Virus record (IMG/VR): IMGVR_UViG_3300030098_003955
Source: a virus
Length of the DNA: 64,000 nt
Reading direction: 5' to 3' (one strand)
The notes beneath the pieces are model-generated. The model saw only the letters and a program-made list of their open reading frames with translations. It was not told the DNA's origin and did not search any database. Position numbers and translations under genes: made by a program. This document shows positions 26,614 through 36,845 of the stretch, piece by piece (positions within the stretch are counted from its first letter, which is position 1; every line of letters begins with the position of its first letter).

Positions 26614-28244
26614 AGAAAAAAATACTCTTCTGTTCAGAAGCTTCCTACTTGAACACAGGATATGCAACTTACAGTCGTGAAATCCTTAGAAGGCTACACG
26701 CTAGCGGTAAATATGAAATCGCTGAGTTCGCGTCATATGGCAAAGATGGCGATCCTAGAATCGCATCAATCCCTTGGAGATTTTATCCAAACACTCCTGC
26801 TGATGACGATAGGGAAGGTCATAGAATTTATGGAGAAGAGCCGGTAAACCAGTTTGGCGCTTGGAGATTTGATGCAGTAGCATTAGATTTCAAGCCCGAC
26901 ATTGTATGTGATATTAGAGATTTTTGGATGATCGAGCATCAGCAAAAGTCTACCTTTAGAGATTTCTTCAGTTGGGTCATTATGCCGACTGTAGATGCCG
27001 CTCCACAAAACGAACAGTGGATTGATACATTCGCCAGTGCTGATTACGTCCTAAATTATTCAGACTGGGGATATGAAACCTTAGTCAAAGAATCCAACAA
27101 TAGAATAAACTGCGTTGGCAGCGCTTGTCCTTCTGCGGATATGGCTTATCAGCCAATAGAAGATAAGCAAAAACATAGAGAGTCTCTAGGCTTTAGTTCT
27201 GATATTAAAATAATTGGAACAGTCATGAGAAACCAAAGGAGGAAGCTATTTCCTGACTTGTTTGAGGCTTTCGCTAAGTTTTTAGAAAAGCCTAACTCAG
27301 AAAAAACATATCTATATTGTCATACCAGTTTCCCAGATTTAGGATGGGATCTACCTAAGATAATAAATAGATATGGCCTTTCTTCTAAAGTGCTAATGAC
27401 TTACGTCTGCCCTAGATGTAAACACGCATTTCCAAGCTTTTTCCAAGACGCATTTGCAAAGTGTACACATTGTGGATTCAATGACGCAGTGCCTGCAAAT
27501 GTGCAGCATGGAGTTAGCTATGAATTTCTGTCTTCAATCATGAATACATTTGATTTGTACGTCCAGTATGCAAATAGCGAAGGTTTTGGTCTTCCGCAGG
27601 TCGAGGCTGCTGGATGCGGAATTCCTGTGGCGAGTATAGATTACTCTGCTATGTCTAGTGTTGTCAGAAAATTGCAAGGCTACCCAATACCTCTGAAATC
27701 AACATATATAGAACTAGAAACCGGATGTGAAAGAGCTGTTCCTGATAATGATGCTGCTGCTCAAATATTCTCTGACTTCTTTGGGATGTCAAGCGAGGAA
27801 AGAGACGCCAAGTCTAAGAAAACAAGAGACTTGTTTGAGAAGCACTATCAGTGGGACAAAACCTGCAAGAAATGGGAATCAGTATTTGATGCAATAGAAG
27901 CTAAACCACATAGTACGACTTGGGAATCTGCGTCTAGAATTTTTCACCCATTAGACAGAGTCCCTGCAAACATGAGCAATAGAGAATATGCTAGATGGCT
28001 AATCATAAATGTTTTAGGAATGCCTTCTAAGCTCGACTCCTACATGGAATCCAGATTGATTAGGGATCTGAATTATGGAGTTTATATAGAAGGTACTGGA
28101 AATGAATACTTTAACGAAGATTCTTGGAAATCAGTCAAGCCGCAGTATGCTGAATTTGACAGAAATACAGCTTATCAAATGCTGTACGAGATGAGAGAAA
28201 AGTTCAACCAATGGGAATCTAGGAGGCTCCAAAATGTCAGATAA
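26610..28244 (+). CDS. GT4 (GT-B) glycosyltransferase with zinc-ribbon insert
   Basis: TGYATY, RNQRRK, EGFGLPQVEAAGCG; CPRC...CTHC insert. Confidence 0.88.
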   Translation: MKKKILFCSEASYLNTGYATYSREILRRLHASGKYEIAEFASYGKDGDPRIASIPWRFYPNTPADDDREGHRIYGEEPVNQFGAWRFDAVALDFKPDIVCDIRDFWMIEHQQKSTFRDFFSWVIMPTVDAAPQNEQWIDTFASADYVLNYSDWGYETLVKESNNRINCVGSACPSADMAYQPIEDKQKHRESLGFSSDIKIIGTVMRNQRRKLFPDLFEAFAKFLEKPNSEKTYLYCHTSFPDLGWDLPKIINRYGLSSKVLMTYVCPRCKHAFPSFFQDAFAKCTHCGFNDAVPANVQHGVSYEFLSSIMNTFDLYVQYANSEGFGLPQVEAAGCGIPVASIDYSAMSSVVRKLQGYPIPLKSTYIELETGCERAVPDNDAAAQIFSDFFGMSSEERDAKSKKTRDLFEKHYQWDKTCKKWESVFDAIEAKPHSTTWESASRIFHPLDRVPANMSNREYARWLIINVLGMPSKLDSYMESRLIRDLNYGVYIEGTGNEYFNEDSWKSVKPQYAEFDRNTAYQMLYEMREKFNQWESRRLQNVR

Positions 28245-28929
28245 AAAATATGAAGCATGGCCTCTAGGTAGGCTGCCTAAAAAATGGCAGCGGAATGAAT
28301 TAGAAGATGTTAAATCTATTGGCTATGAATGGAACGACCCAAGAGACGTTGTGGATGCTTTTGAAGAAGAGGTAGCCAAACTTACTGGAAGCAAGTATGC
28401 AGTAGCTGTAGATTGTTGTTCTCACGGCCTGTTCTTAGCTATGAAATATCTAGGATGCGAAGGTGACATAACGATCCCTAGCAGAACATGGGTTTCAGTG
28501 CCAATGCAAATTAAACACGCTGGATGCAATCCTGTGTTTGACGACCTTGAATGGAGTGGTGCCTATCAACTAAAGCCATATCCAATATGGGACGCTGCTG
28601 TTAGGTTCACTAAAGGCATGTATAAGCCTAATACACTTATGGTACTATCTTTTCAAATCAAAAAGATTTTGCCAATAGGTAGGGGCGGCATGATTCTTAC
28701 AGATAGCAAAGAAGCCTATGATTGGCTGAGAAAAGCCAGAATAGACGGTAGAAATACTACAGCTACCTATGATGAAGATAATGTTGATATGGTTGGCTGG
28801 CATTTTTACATGACTCCAGAAGACGCAGCTAGAGGATTGCTTATATTAAACGATTTGCCAGACATTAACGCTGACAGTTGCTCGCATAGAAATTACATTG
28901 ATGTCTCGAAGTTTGAAGTGTTTAAGTAG
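28234..28929 (+). CDS. Shortened DegT/DnrJ-family PLP sugar aminotransferase
   Basis: FEEEVA...YAVAV, DAA, SFQIKK, GRGGMILT. Confidence 0.85.
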   Translation: MSDKKYEAWPLGRLPKKWQRNELEDVKSIGYEWNDPRDVVDAFEEEVAKLTGSKYAVAVDCCSHGLFLAMKYLGCEGDITIPSRTWVSVPMQIKHAGCNPVFDDLEWSGAYQLKPYPIWDAAVRFTKGMYKPNTLMVLSFQIKKILPIGRGGMILTDSKEAYDWLRKARIDGRNTTATYDEDNVDMVGWHFYMTPEDAARGLLILNDLPDINADSCSHRNYIDVSKFEVFK

Positions 28930-29540
28930 TGAAAATATTATTTGCTTCACATGGCTGTGATTGTTCTAAGAAGGCTCTTGATATAATTGAGTCTTGCTCT
29001 CCTGTAATTAACCACAGCCTTAAACAAAAAATATCTAAATTTCCTGAGTACGATATTGGCATTAGCTTTTTATATACTTACAAAATACCCGCTGAACAAC
29101 TTGACAAGACTTGGATAAACTTTCATCCAGCACCTTTACCTGAATACGGTGGTAGAAACGTGGCTTACCATGCCATAATGAATGAATCAGAAAACTTTGG
29201 CGCGACCATGCACTATATGAATGAAGAGTTCGATCGCGGGGATATAATAGAGTGCCAAAGATTTGCTATAGAAAAGACAGACACGGCAGGAGACTTAGTA
29301 CACAAGTCATACGAAACCTTACTGACTATATTAAGAAAGCACGCTCGTAATATTTGTGACGGGAAACTGCCAGAATCCTTCGCTCAAGACGAAACTACAT
29401 ATTATAAGAAAGAACCTATAAACGATTTTGTTGAGATTGACGAGACTACAAAAATAAAGATAAGGTCTTTGACCGTACATCCTAATTACTATGCTAAAAT
29501 CAACATCGACGGAAAAATTTATAATATCACGCCAGAATAA
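28929..29540 (+). CDS. N10-formyl-THF-dependent (sugar) formyltransferase
   Basis: INFHPAPLPEYGG, GATMHYM, FDRGDII. Confidence 0.9.
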   Translation: MKILFASHGCDCSKKALDIIESCSPVINHSLKQKISKFPEYDIGISFLYTYKIPAEQLDKTWINFHPAPLPEYGGRNVAYHAIMNESENFGATMHYMNEEFDRGDIIECQRFAIEKTDTAGDLVHKSYETLLTILRKHARNICDGKLPESFAQDETTYYKKEPINDFVEIDETTKIKIRSLTVHPNYYAKINIDGKIYNITPE

Positions 29541-29959
29541 TGAATGATTTTGAATTGACAACTTTGTCTGAACATCACCTTGAGGGCGCTCTTGACCTTT
29601 TAGACCAGCTTAGTGATTGTCCATACAAAATATCGCCTGAAGATTCTTGGGAATTGTATGTAGACGATCTGACGCAAATGATAGTTGTCGCCGAATATAA
29701 AGGCACAGTTATCGGCACGGGTAAAGTAATCATTGAGCAAAAACTAAGAGGCGACTGCGTTGCACATATAGAAGATGTAGTTGTAGAAAAAAAGTATCGT
29801 GGGCTAGGCATAGGAAGACAAATAGTTGATTATCTATGTGAATTAGCTGTAGATTCTGATTGTTCTAAGGTCATGCTACACTGCTCTGAAGAGAACGTAG
29901 ATTTTTATGAAAACTGCGGATTTACACAAGAAAACGGCATGAGAAAAGATTTGGTATGA
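29540..29959 (+). CDS. GNAT acetyltransferase, glucosamine-6-P N-acetyltransferase (GNA1)-like
   Basis: AHIEDVVV, YRGLGIG, CSKVMLHC, FYENCGF. Confidence 0.85.
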   Translation: MNDFELTTLSEHHLEGALDLLDQLSDCPYKISPEDSWELYVDDLTQMIVVAEYKGTVIGTGKVIIEQKLRGDCVAHIEDVVVEKKYRGLGIGRQIVDYLCELAVDSDCSKVMLHCSEENVDFYENCGFTQENGMRKDLV

Positions 29960-31074
29960 AAGTTTTATATATTGCACACTATAGAGAAGGCACTGGCTGG
30001 GCCAAGGCGGCAATTGACTATATATTGTCAATGGACAAAGCAGGCATAGACGTAGTACCAAGATGTGTGAAGCTAAATAACAACAACCCAGAGCTGCCTC
30101 AGAGACTTCTTGAACTTGAAAAGAAAGATTCTTCTGGATGCGATTACTGCATACAACATGTATTGCCGCATTACATGGACTATAGCGACAGCTTTAAGAA
30201 AAATATAGCAATATATGCAACAGAGACTAGCCATTTTTCAAATACAATATGGGCTAGAAAAATCAATCTAATGGATGAAGCTTGGGTCATAAACCAAGAC
30301 ATGGTTGCCGCCTCTAAAAAAAGCGGAGTCAATATACCGATAAGAGTTGTTCCTCACGCCACTGAGTTTGAAAAGTTTGAAAAAAGCTATAAGCCTATAC
30401 AACTACCTTGTCCAGAAGATGATTTTATTTTTTACTTCGTTGGCGAACTAAACCCAAGAAAAAATGTACAAGCACTAATAAGAGCTTTCCATCTAGAATT
30501 TCATAAAAATGAACCAACATCTTTGGTTCTAAAAGTTAATGGAGGAAACCCAGAATCTGTAGCAAACTCTGTCAGAGAAATGTGTTACTCAATAAAGTCT
30601 TCGATGAAAATATATCAAGACCCAAATCAATACAAAGAAGACTACATAATATCTGATTACTTACAAGAAGAAGATCTGTATAGACTGCATAGTACTTGCG
30701 ACTGCTTTGTCATGCCTAGCCATGGAGAGGCTTGGTCTATACCTGCTTTTGACGCTATGGGTTTTGGAAAAACTCCAATATGCTCAAACTATGGCGGTAT
30801 GAGAGATTTTATAGAGGATTCTGGACTGCTCGTAGAGGGCATAATGCAACCAGTTGATGGAATGAAGAACTCATTCAATGATCTATATGTAGGAAATGAA
30901 GATTGGTTCTGTATTGATATAAACAAACTTAGGAAGTCTATGAGAGCTATATATGAGATGAGAGATTCTTCTCCATCAAATTACGAGCAGATGAAGAACA
31001 AAGGCAAAGCAAATGCTCATAAGTATTCATACGAAATCATAGGAAGCATGATGAAGAGTTTTTTGAATGAATAA
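29956..31074 (+). CDS. GT4 glycosyltransferase
   Basis: TGWAKAA, PRKNV, CFVMPSHGEAWSIP. Confidence 0.88.
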   Translation: MKVLYIAHYREGTGWAKAAIDYILSMDKAGIDVVPRCVKLNNNNPELPQRLLELEKKDSSGCDYCIQHVLPHYMDYSDSFKKNIAIYATETSHFSNTIWARKINLMDEAWVINQDMVAASKKSGVNIPIRVVPHATEFEKFEKSYKPIQLPCPEDDFIFYFVGELNPRKNVQALIRAFHLEFHKNEPTSLVLKVNGGNPESVANSVREMCYSIKSSMKIYQDPNQYKEDYIISDYLQEEDLYRLHSTCDCFVMPSHGEAWSIPAFDAMGFGKTPICSNYGGMRDFIEDSGLLVEGIMQPVDGMKNSFNDLYVGNEDWFCIDINKLRKSMRAIYEMRDSSPSNYEQMKNKGKANAHKYSYEIIGSMMKSFLNE

Positions 31075-32080
31075 TCCTGTACAAAATATAATCAGAGCCT
31101 CCACCAGAACAATTGGAGAGCCACTAAACATACTGACTTTTCCTACTCACGAAAGGTATGAAACGATGCTCTGCAAGACGGGGCATAATTTCTATGCTTT
31201 TAGAGCGGACGGAATTAAACACTGGAATGAGTCCTATGCAAAGCTTCCTCCTAACTATGTTATACTGGATGAGAGTTTAGGGGATTTGCAAATTCCAAAC
31301 TATGTTGACTTTGACCTTGTTCTTTCACAGAACAAATTTGGACAATTTCAAATAGCGTCCCAGCTCGCTAAAAAGATGCATCTTCCGATGATAAGTTTAG
31401 AGCATACCCTGCCTGTTCCAAACTGGCCTCAAGAAGTCAAAGAGCAAACTAGACTTATGAGAGGAGATATAAATTTATTTATATCTGAATACAGCATAGG
31501 AGAATGGAGATGGGAAGTTGGAAATGATACAGATGTCATCACTCATGGAGTTGATACAGAACTATTTAAACCATTAAAGTGTGATAAAGACAATCACTCT
31601 TTATCTGTTGTCAATGACTGGATAAACAGAGACTGGTGTTGTGGATTTGGCATATGGCAGCGTGTTATTGAAGGTTTGCCGCACAGGGTAATTGGCGACA
31701 CTAAAGGTTTGTCAAAGCCATCCTCCTCTATAGAGGAATTAGTGTCAGCCTACCAAACAAGCAGAATATTTTTGAACACATCTACAATATCGCCAATACC
31801 AACAGCATTACTGGAAGCAATGTCTTGTGGTTGTGCTGTAGTAAGCACGGCGACATGCATGATACCAGAGATCATAGAACATGGCGTTGATGGATTCATT
31901 ACCAACGACGAAAAAGAAATGCGAGAATATCTTGAGTTGCTCAGTAACGATGAAGAAATGGCGTTAGAAATGGGCAAAAAAGCAAGACAAAAAATAGTTG
32001 ACCACTACTCTGAAGAGCAATTTGTCAACCAGTGGTTAGACATATTTTACGAAGCATCAAAAGTAACTTTTAGAGGATAG
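31067..32080 (+). CDS. GT4 glycosyltransferase
   Basis: HGVDTELF, ALLEAMSCG, EIIEHGVDGF. Confidence 0.88.
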   Translation: MNNPVQNIIRASTRTIGEPLNILTFPTHERYETMLCKTGHNFYAFRADGIKHWNESYAKLPPNYVILDESLGDLQIPNYVDFDLVLSQNKFGQFQIASQLAKKMHLPMISLEHTLPVPNWPQEVKEQTRLMRGDINLFISEYSIGEWRWEVGNDTDVITHGVDTELFKPLKCDKDNHSLSVVNDWINRDWCCGFGIWQRVIEGLPHRVIGDTKGLSKPSSSIEELVSAYQTSRIFLNTSTISPIPTALLEAMSCGCAVVSTATCMIPEIIEHGVDGFITNDEKEMREYLELLSNDEEMALEMGKKARQKIVDHYSEEQFVNQWLDIFYEASKVTFRG

Positions 32081-32081
32081 T

Positions 32082-32549
32082 ATGAAAATCTATATTACTA
32101 TAAAAGGAACGGCTACTAAGAGCGGCTATGTTAATATCAACCCAGTGGCAAATCAATCTGGATTTGTAAAGGCTGATGTTAGAAACTTAAATGATTTTGT
32201 TTCAGACAACGAGTGCACCGAAATCTTGATTGACAACGTGCTTTCATTTTTGGAAAAGAAACAGGCGTTGCAAGCCATAGACCATTGGATCAGCAAGCTA
32301 CGGCACGGCGGCAAGATAATAATTAAAGATATTGACTCGTTAGAAATTTCAAGAAATTTTGTTTCTTCTACGATAAATGACGAACAATATGACGAGCTTG
32401 TTCATGGAAAATTTACCCAGCCTTGGGACGTTAAGTTAAGCTCATATACGTTAGAATCAATATCCAACCAGCTATCATCTAGAAACTTGAGACTCACAAA
32501 AAAAAGAATAAGAGGATTTGACTTAGTTGTTGAAGGAACTCGCCAATGA
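32082..32549 (+). CDS. Methyltransferase-like protein (divergent)
   Basis: WISKLRHGGKIII resembles the class I MTase motif; SAM motif degenerate. Confidence 0.5.
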   Translation: MKIYITIKGTATKSGYVNINPVANQSGFVKADVRNLNDFVSDNECTEILIDNVLSFLEKKQALQAIDHWISKLRHGGKIIIKDIDSLEISRNFVSSTINDEQYDELVHGKFTQPWDVKLSSYTLESISNQLSSRNLRLTKKRIRGFDLVVEGTRQ

Positions 32550-33349
32550 AACCAATAAAAAAACAAAAGCTGACTACAGACTGTATAGATTGTGTATTTG
32601 CAGATTTTGAAGAAAATTCTCAAACAAGATGCAAAATTGGAAGAATTGAAAAATATGCAGAACAAGGCTTTAATATCAATACCGTAACCGACGAAGCGAC
32701 CGAAAAAAAATACAAACAAGTTGAAGGCGCTCTTTGCTCTCTAAATAGAAATGAGGACTGGATTGAGTTTGTTGTTGGCTCAGAAGATCCTTTAGAGGTA
32801 GTCTATGAAGAGGCCAAAATTGCAGTCGGTTATTTCATTGATGCCTCTGGACTCTTGTCATATTCAAAGATTAAAGAAGACGTAGAGTCCACCGTAGAAT
32901 CTATGCCAGAGTTGGGCAAGAAAAGTTTTATTACCATCTTCGTAGGTAAGAATATAACGGTAAATGAGATCATAGAGTTGTCTGCGACTTGTGAATCTCT
33001 CACTGGTATCACCACTAAAGTAGTTGTTGAAAACACTGCCTTGTCTATTACTAATGTTATAGATGCCTTAGACAATTCCTTCTCTACCTTAAAAAATGGC
33101 TATCTCGTCTGTGTAAAAGCAGGAGAAAAGTTCACAATTAATCCAGAAGAAAAAATAAACAACGCAATAGTGAAAGACCTCAAGAGCGTATCATACTTTG
33201 ATTCTGATGAGACATTTTCAGGATATGCTTTTTCGACCTTTATATTCAAGAACTTAAGAGGTAATCGTGGAATTCCTATAAAAGAAAAAATTGAAGAGAT
33301 GGAAAAGCACTACAATCAAAAAGGCATTTATTCTTGGTCGGAAGTATGA
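32546..33349 (+). CDS. Hypothetical protein
   Basis: N-terminal CIDC...C...C; coupled ORF. Confidence 0.6.
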   Translation: MKPIKKQKLTTDCIDCVFADFEENSQTRCKIGRIEKYAEQGFNINTVTDEATEKKYKQVEGALCSLNRNEDWIEFVVGSEDPLEVVYEEAKIAVGYFIDASGLLSYSKIKEDVESTVESMPELGKKSFITIFVGKNITVNEIIELSATCESLTGITTKVVVENTALSITNVIDALDNSFSTLKNGYLVCVKAGEKFTINPEEKINNAIVKDLKSVSYFDSDETFSGYAFSTFIFKNLRGNRGIPIKEKIEEMEKHYNQKGIYSWSEV

Positions 33350-34152
33350 ACCCAGTAGTAACGACACTGATAGCAAACTATAACCTCTCGCAATATCTAG
33401 GAAATGCAATAGATAGCGCTTTAGAGCAAACGTACTCGGTGTACAAGAACATAATTTGCATAGTAGATGACGGATCTACCGACGGCTCTTGGGATTTGAT
33501 CACAAGCTATTTTACAGACTCTTATGCCGAGATAGTTAAAGATGAAACCGAAGAGGGCGGTCTTCTTATTATAAGAGAAGACAACACAGGGCCTTATGGC
33601 TACACGACCTTGATTGCAATCAAATGCGAAAATGGCGGGCCTAGTAGGGCGAGAAACATCGGCATTGACTACACCATCGACGAAACTGATATCTACGCAA
33701 TATTAGACGCTGATGACTGGATGAAATCATCAAAGATAAACACATGTGTATCTGTGCTGAAAAAAAGCCCAATGATAGGAGCTGTCTATGCAGACTATGA
33801 CACGATTAATACTGAGACGGGTAAGGTCATACGAGAATACAAAGAGCCTTACAGTCGTGATAAATTAGTTAGAGAATGTATTGTTCATAGTGGTTCTTTG
33901 ATAACAAAACAAGCCTTGGTCAACACCAAAGAAGAAACTGGATACTATGATGAGACTATGAGGACTTGTGAAGACTACGACTTATGGATGAGGATAAGTG
34001 AAAAGTACATAATTGGGCATGTACCTTTAGCACTTACAAATGTAAGAGTCACTGGACTGAATTCTAGTTTTACGGTAGACCAGTCTGTTTGGGGAAGAAA
34101 TTGGAAACGGGTAGTAGAAAAAGCACAGCAGAGAGCAAATGGCCAGCAATAG
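33346..34152 (+). CDS. GT2 glycosyltransferase
   Basis: IVDDGSTDGS, GPSRARN, LDADD, EDYDLW. Confidence 0.92.
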   Translation: MNPVVTTLIANYNLSQYLGNAIDSALEQTYSVYKNIICIVDDGSTDGSWDLITSYFTDSYAEIVKDETEEGGLLIIREDNTGPYGYTTLIAIKCENGGPSRARNIGIDYTIDETDIYAILDADDWMKSSKINTCVSVLKKSPMIGAVYADYDTINTETGKVIREYKEPYSRDKLVRECIVHSGSLITKQALVNTKEETGYYDETMRTCEDYDLWMRISEKYIIGHVPLALTNVRVTGLNSSFTVDQSVWGRNWKRVVEKAQQRANGQQ

Positions 34153-34858
34153 GTTTACTACCCAAATAAAAAACAATCATCCGGGATTGAATCCAGAAAA
34201 GCCACTTACGGTAATAATACCTATAGCTGGTATTGGCAACCGCATGAAGTCATATGGCCCAAAGTGTCTTTTAGAAGTTCCTAAGAAAAACAAAAGCATA
34301 ATAGAAGAAATAATAGCGTCAATCAAAAATATATACCCTTATTCAGACATAATTGTTTGTGTCGGATTTGAGGCAGATAAGGTCATAAAGTCGTTACTGG
34401 GCAAGGTTAGGATAGTAGAGAACAAAGATTACGACGAGACGAATATAACCGAGTCCATAAGACTATGCATGAATGTTTGCATGACCGATCACGTCATGAT
34501 AGTATACGGAGATCTCATATTTAGCCCATCCGCGATCAGCGAAATAACAAAGCACGGATCTTGCGCTCTAGTAGATAGTAAACTAAGATTTAAGGAGAGC
34601 GAGATAGGGGTTAATGTAGTTGACAAAAAGATAACTAACTTTGCCTATGGGCTAGACACGAAATGGGCACACATAATATTTTTAGAAAATGAAGAACTAA
34701 AATTTTTCAAAAAGCAGTGTGTCGAAAAAAGAAAATCAAAGCTTTATCCATTTGAAATTTTCAACAAGATACTAGACAAGGGTCTTACAATAAATGCGAT
34801 AGAGCCTAGAAATATGCGAATCAAAGAGATCGACTCTTCTAGGGACTTATTTGAATGA
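34139..34858 (+). CDS. Sugar/phosphocholine nucleotidyltransferase (NTP_transferase, LicC-like)
   Basis: IPIAGIGNRM, PKCLL, YGDL, EIDS. Confidence 0.8.
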   Translation: MASNRFTTQIKNNHPGLNPEKPLTVIIPIAGIGNRMKSYGPKCLLEVPKKNKSIIEEIIASIKNIYPYSDIIVCVGFEADKVIKSLLGKVRIVENKDYDETNITESIRLCMNVCMTDHVMIVYGDLIFSPSAISEITKHGSCALVDSKLRFKESEIGVNVVDKKITNFAYGLDTKWAHIIFLENEELKFFKKQCVEKRKSKLYPFEIFNKILDKGLTINAIEPRNMRIKEIDSSRDLFE

Positions 34859-35886
34859 GAGTGATGATACAGAGTGATGGGCCTCATGCTCATTACTATA
34901 TAAGAATGGGATGGGCAAAGGTCTTTTCTGCAATCGGGTGGAATGTAAGCCTGTGGGAAAAGGATGGCAAGTCTGCCTTTGATGCGTTCGATGAGTTTGA
35001 ACCTACTGTATTTATGGGTCAAACTTACAATCTCAGCGATGCAATCATTAAGTGTATAAAAGAAAGACCTCACATGAAGGTCGTTATGAGAGCTTCTGAT
35101 TGGGGACAACTCAACGAGTCTATAGATAGAGAAAAATATCCTATTCTCAAGGCTAGTGAAGATGAAATAAGGCTAGTAGACAGACTTAAAAGACAAACCG
35201 GCAAGCCTGACTTTGTTCACAATCACTACACCCAAAAGTGGATAGAAGAGACTCATGGTCACTGGAGAGAGATAGGGGTAGAGCCTGTCTCACTCATACA
35301 TGGGGCGGATGTTTATGATTACTATAATGGCTCCTTTGATGAGCACCTAGCATCTGACGTAGCCTTTGTTGGTGGCTACTGGCCCTATAAAGCCAAGTCA
35401 TTAGATAAATATATGCTACCCATATGTGATGAAGACCTGAATGTAAAAATATTTGGAAACAACTGGCCTACACCAAAAGGATTAGGCAGGCTTTCAAACG
35501 AGAGAGTTAAAGACCTTTTCTTCTCTAGCGTTGTTTGCCCAAACGTAAGCGAGCCGCACTCACAAGACTTCGGGTATGACATTATAGAAAGACCGTTCAA
35601 GGTTTTACTGAGCAAAGGTTTTTGCATATCGGATCGAGTTCAATCTATGGAAGAAGAAGTCTTTCCTGACCAGATTGTTTATGCGGACAATCCACAAGAC
35701 TTCAAAGAAAAAATACACCACTTTGTTAAGAACCCCGAAGAAAGACAAAAGTACATCCAAAAAGGCTTTCTTGAGGTCTTGACTAAGCATACTTATTTTC
35801 ATAGAGTGTCTTTCATACTAGAAAAATTAGGATTCAAAAAAGAATCCGAGCAATGTCTTTCCATTCTAAGGGATATCATTTCATGA
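34855..35886 (+). CDS. CgeB-family glycosyltransferase-like protein
   Basis: DVAFVGG, ERPF, ISD, HTYFHR. Confidence 0.75.
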   Translation: MRVMIQSDGPHAHYYIRMGWAKVFSAIGWNVSLWEKDGKSAFDAFDEFEPTVFMGQTYNLSDAIIKCIKERPHMKVVMRASDWGQLNESIDREKYPILKASEDEIRLVDRLKRQTGKPDFVHNHYTQKWIEETHGHWREIGVEPVSLIHGADVYDYYNGSFDEHLASDVAFVGGYWPYKAKSLDKYMLPICDEDLNVKIFGNNWPTPKGLGRLSNERVKDLFFSSVVCPNVSEPHSQDFGYDIIERPFKVLLSKGFCISDRVQSMEEEVFPDQIVYADNPQDFKEKIHHFVKNPEERQKYIQKGFLEVLTKHTYFHRVSFILEKLGFKKESEQCLSILRDIIS

Positions 35887-36845
35887 GAGCCTTAATTACA
35901 GGTGCCTCTGGGTTTATAGGCAGAAACCTTCTTAAAAGATTACTTCTTCTCGAAAATCAATTTGAAGAAATAATCACGGTAACTAGGACTCCTTTTATTA
36001 TCCCAAACAAGAAGGTGAAAAACTTTGCGTGCGATCTTGGCGATTCTAAAAAATTTGGAATTAAAGACCCTGCTTACGCAGCTATAGCGATAGAGAAGCC
36101 AGACGTAATTTTTCATCTGGCTAGTAAGCCTGTAGTAAAGTTTGAGGACGGAGAAAATCCTTTCAAGATTGTAGACAACAACATCACGTCAACTTATAAG
36201 GTGTGTGAATATGCGCCAAAAGGATCTCGTGTCGTTATGGCGTCGTCGGTTATTGTCTACGGCGATTGGATGTTTGACGAAGATCAAAAAGACCTACTAT
36301 CTCCTCTCGTACCATACTCAGAGGAAGACAAGACCAAGCCAACATCTATTTATGGCATGACAAAAAGAGCATCAGAGAGCATACTAGATGTATATAACGA
36401 GCTAGGGATTAGCTGCGCCTCTGCGAGATTATGTGCTACAGTTGGAGAAGGTCTTACGCACGGAGTCATAAAAGACTTTATCAGAAAGCTGAATACTGAT
36501 AGTGATATGCTGGATGTGCTGGGTGACGCTCCGGGATCTACAAAGCCTTACCTACATATTGACGATGCCCTTTCTGCTCTAATCAAAATATCGCAAACAA
36601 CAGGAAATGAACACTACAATGTATGCCCTGATGACCAGATCAACATAGCAGATGTAGCAGATGCAGTCATGATAGGAACAGACATTCATAAGCCACTAAA
36701 CTGGCTTGGTGAGGGTGCGAACTGGAAGGGTGATAATAGAATAATCACAGTTTCAAATAAGAAGCTTAGATCCATAGGATGGGAGCCTAAGTTTCCTAAA
36801 TCTAAAGAAGTTATTATCGACATAGTAAGAAAGATTGGTGGATAA
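35883..36845 (+). CDS. NAD-dependent epimerase/dehydratase
   Basis: TGASGFIG, FHLA, ASSVIVYG, YGMTK. Confidence 0.9.
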   Translation: MRALITGASGFIGRNLLKRLLLLENQFEEIITVTRTPFIIPNKKVKNFACDLGDSKKFGIKDPAYAAIAIEKPDVIFHLASKPVVKFEDGENPFKIVDNNITSTYKVCEYAPKGSRVVMASSVIVYGDWMFDEDQKDLLSPLVPYSEEDKTKPTSIYGMTKRASESILDVYNELGISCASARLCATVGEGLTHGVIKDFIRKLNTDSDMLDVLGDAPGSTKPYLHIDDALSALIKISQTTGNEHYNVCPDDQINIADVADAVMIGTDIHKPLNWLGEGANWKGDNRIITVSNKKLRSIGWEPKFPKSKEVIIDIVRKIGG

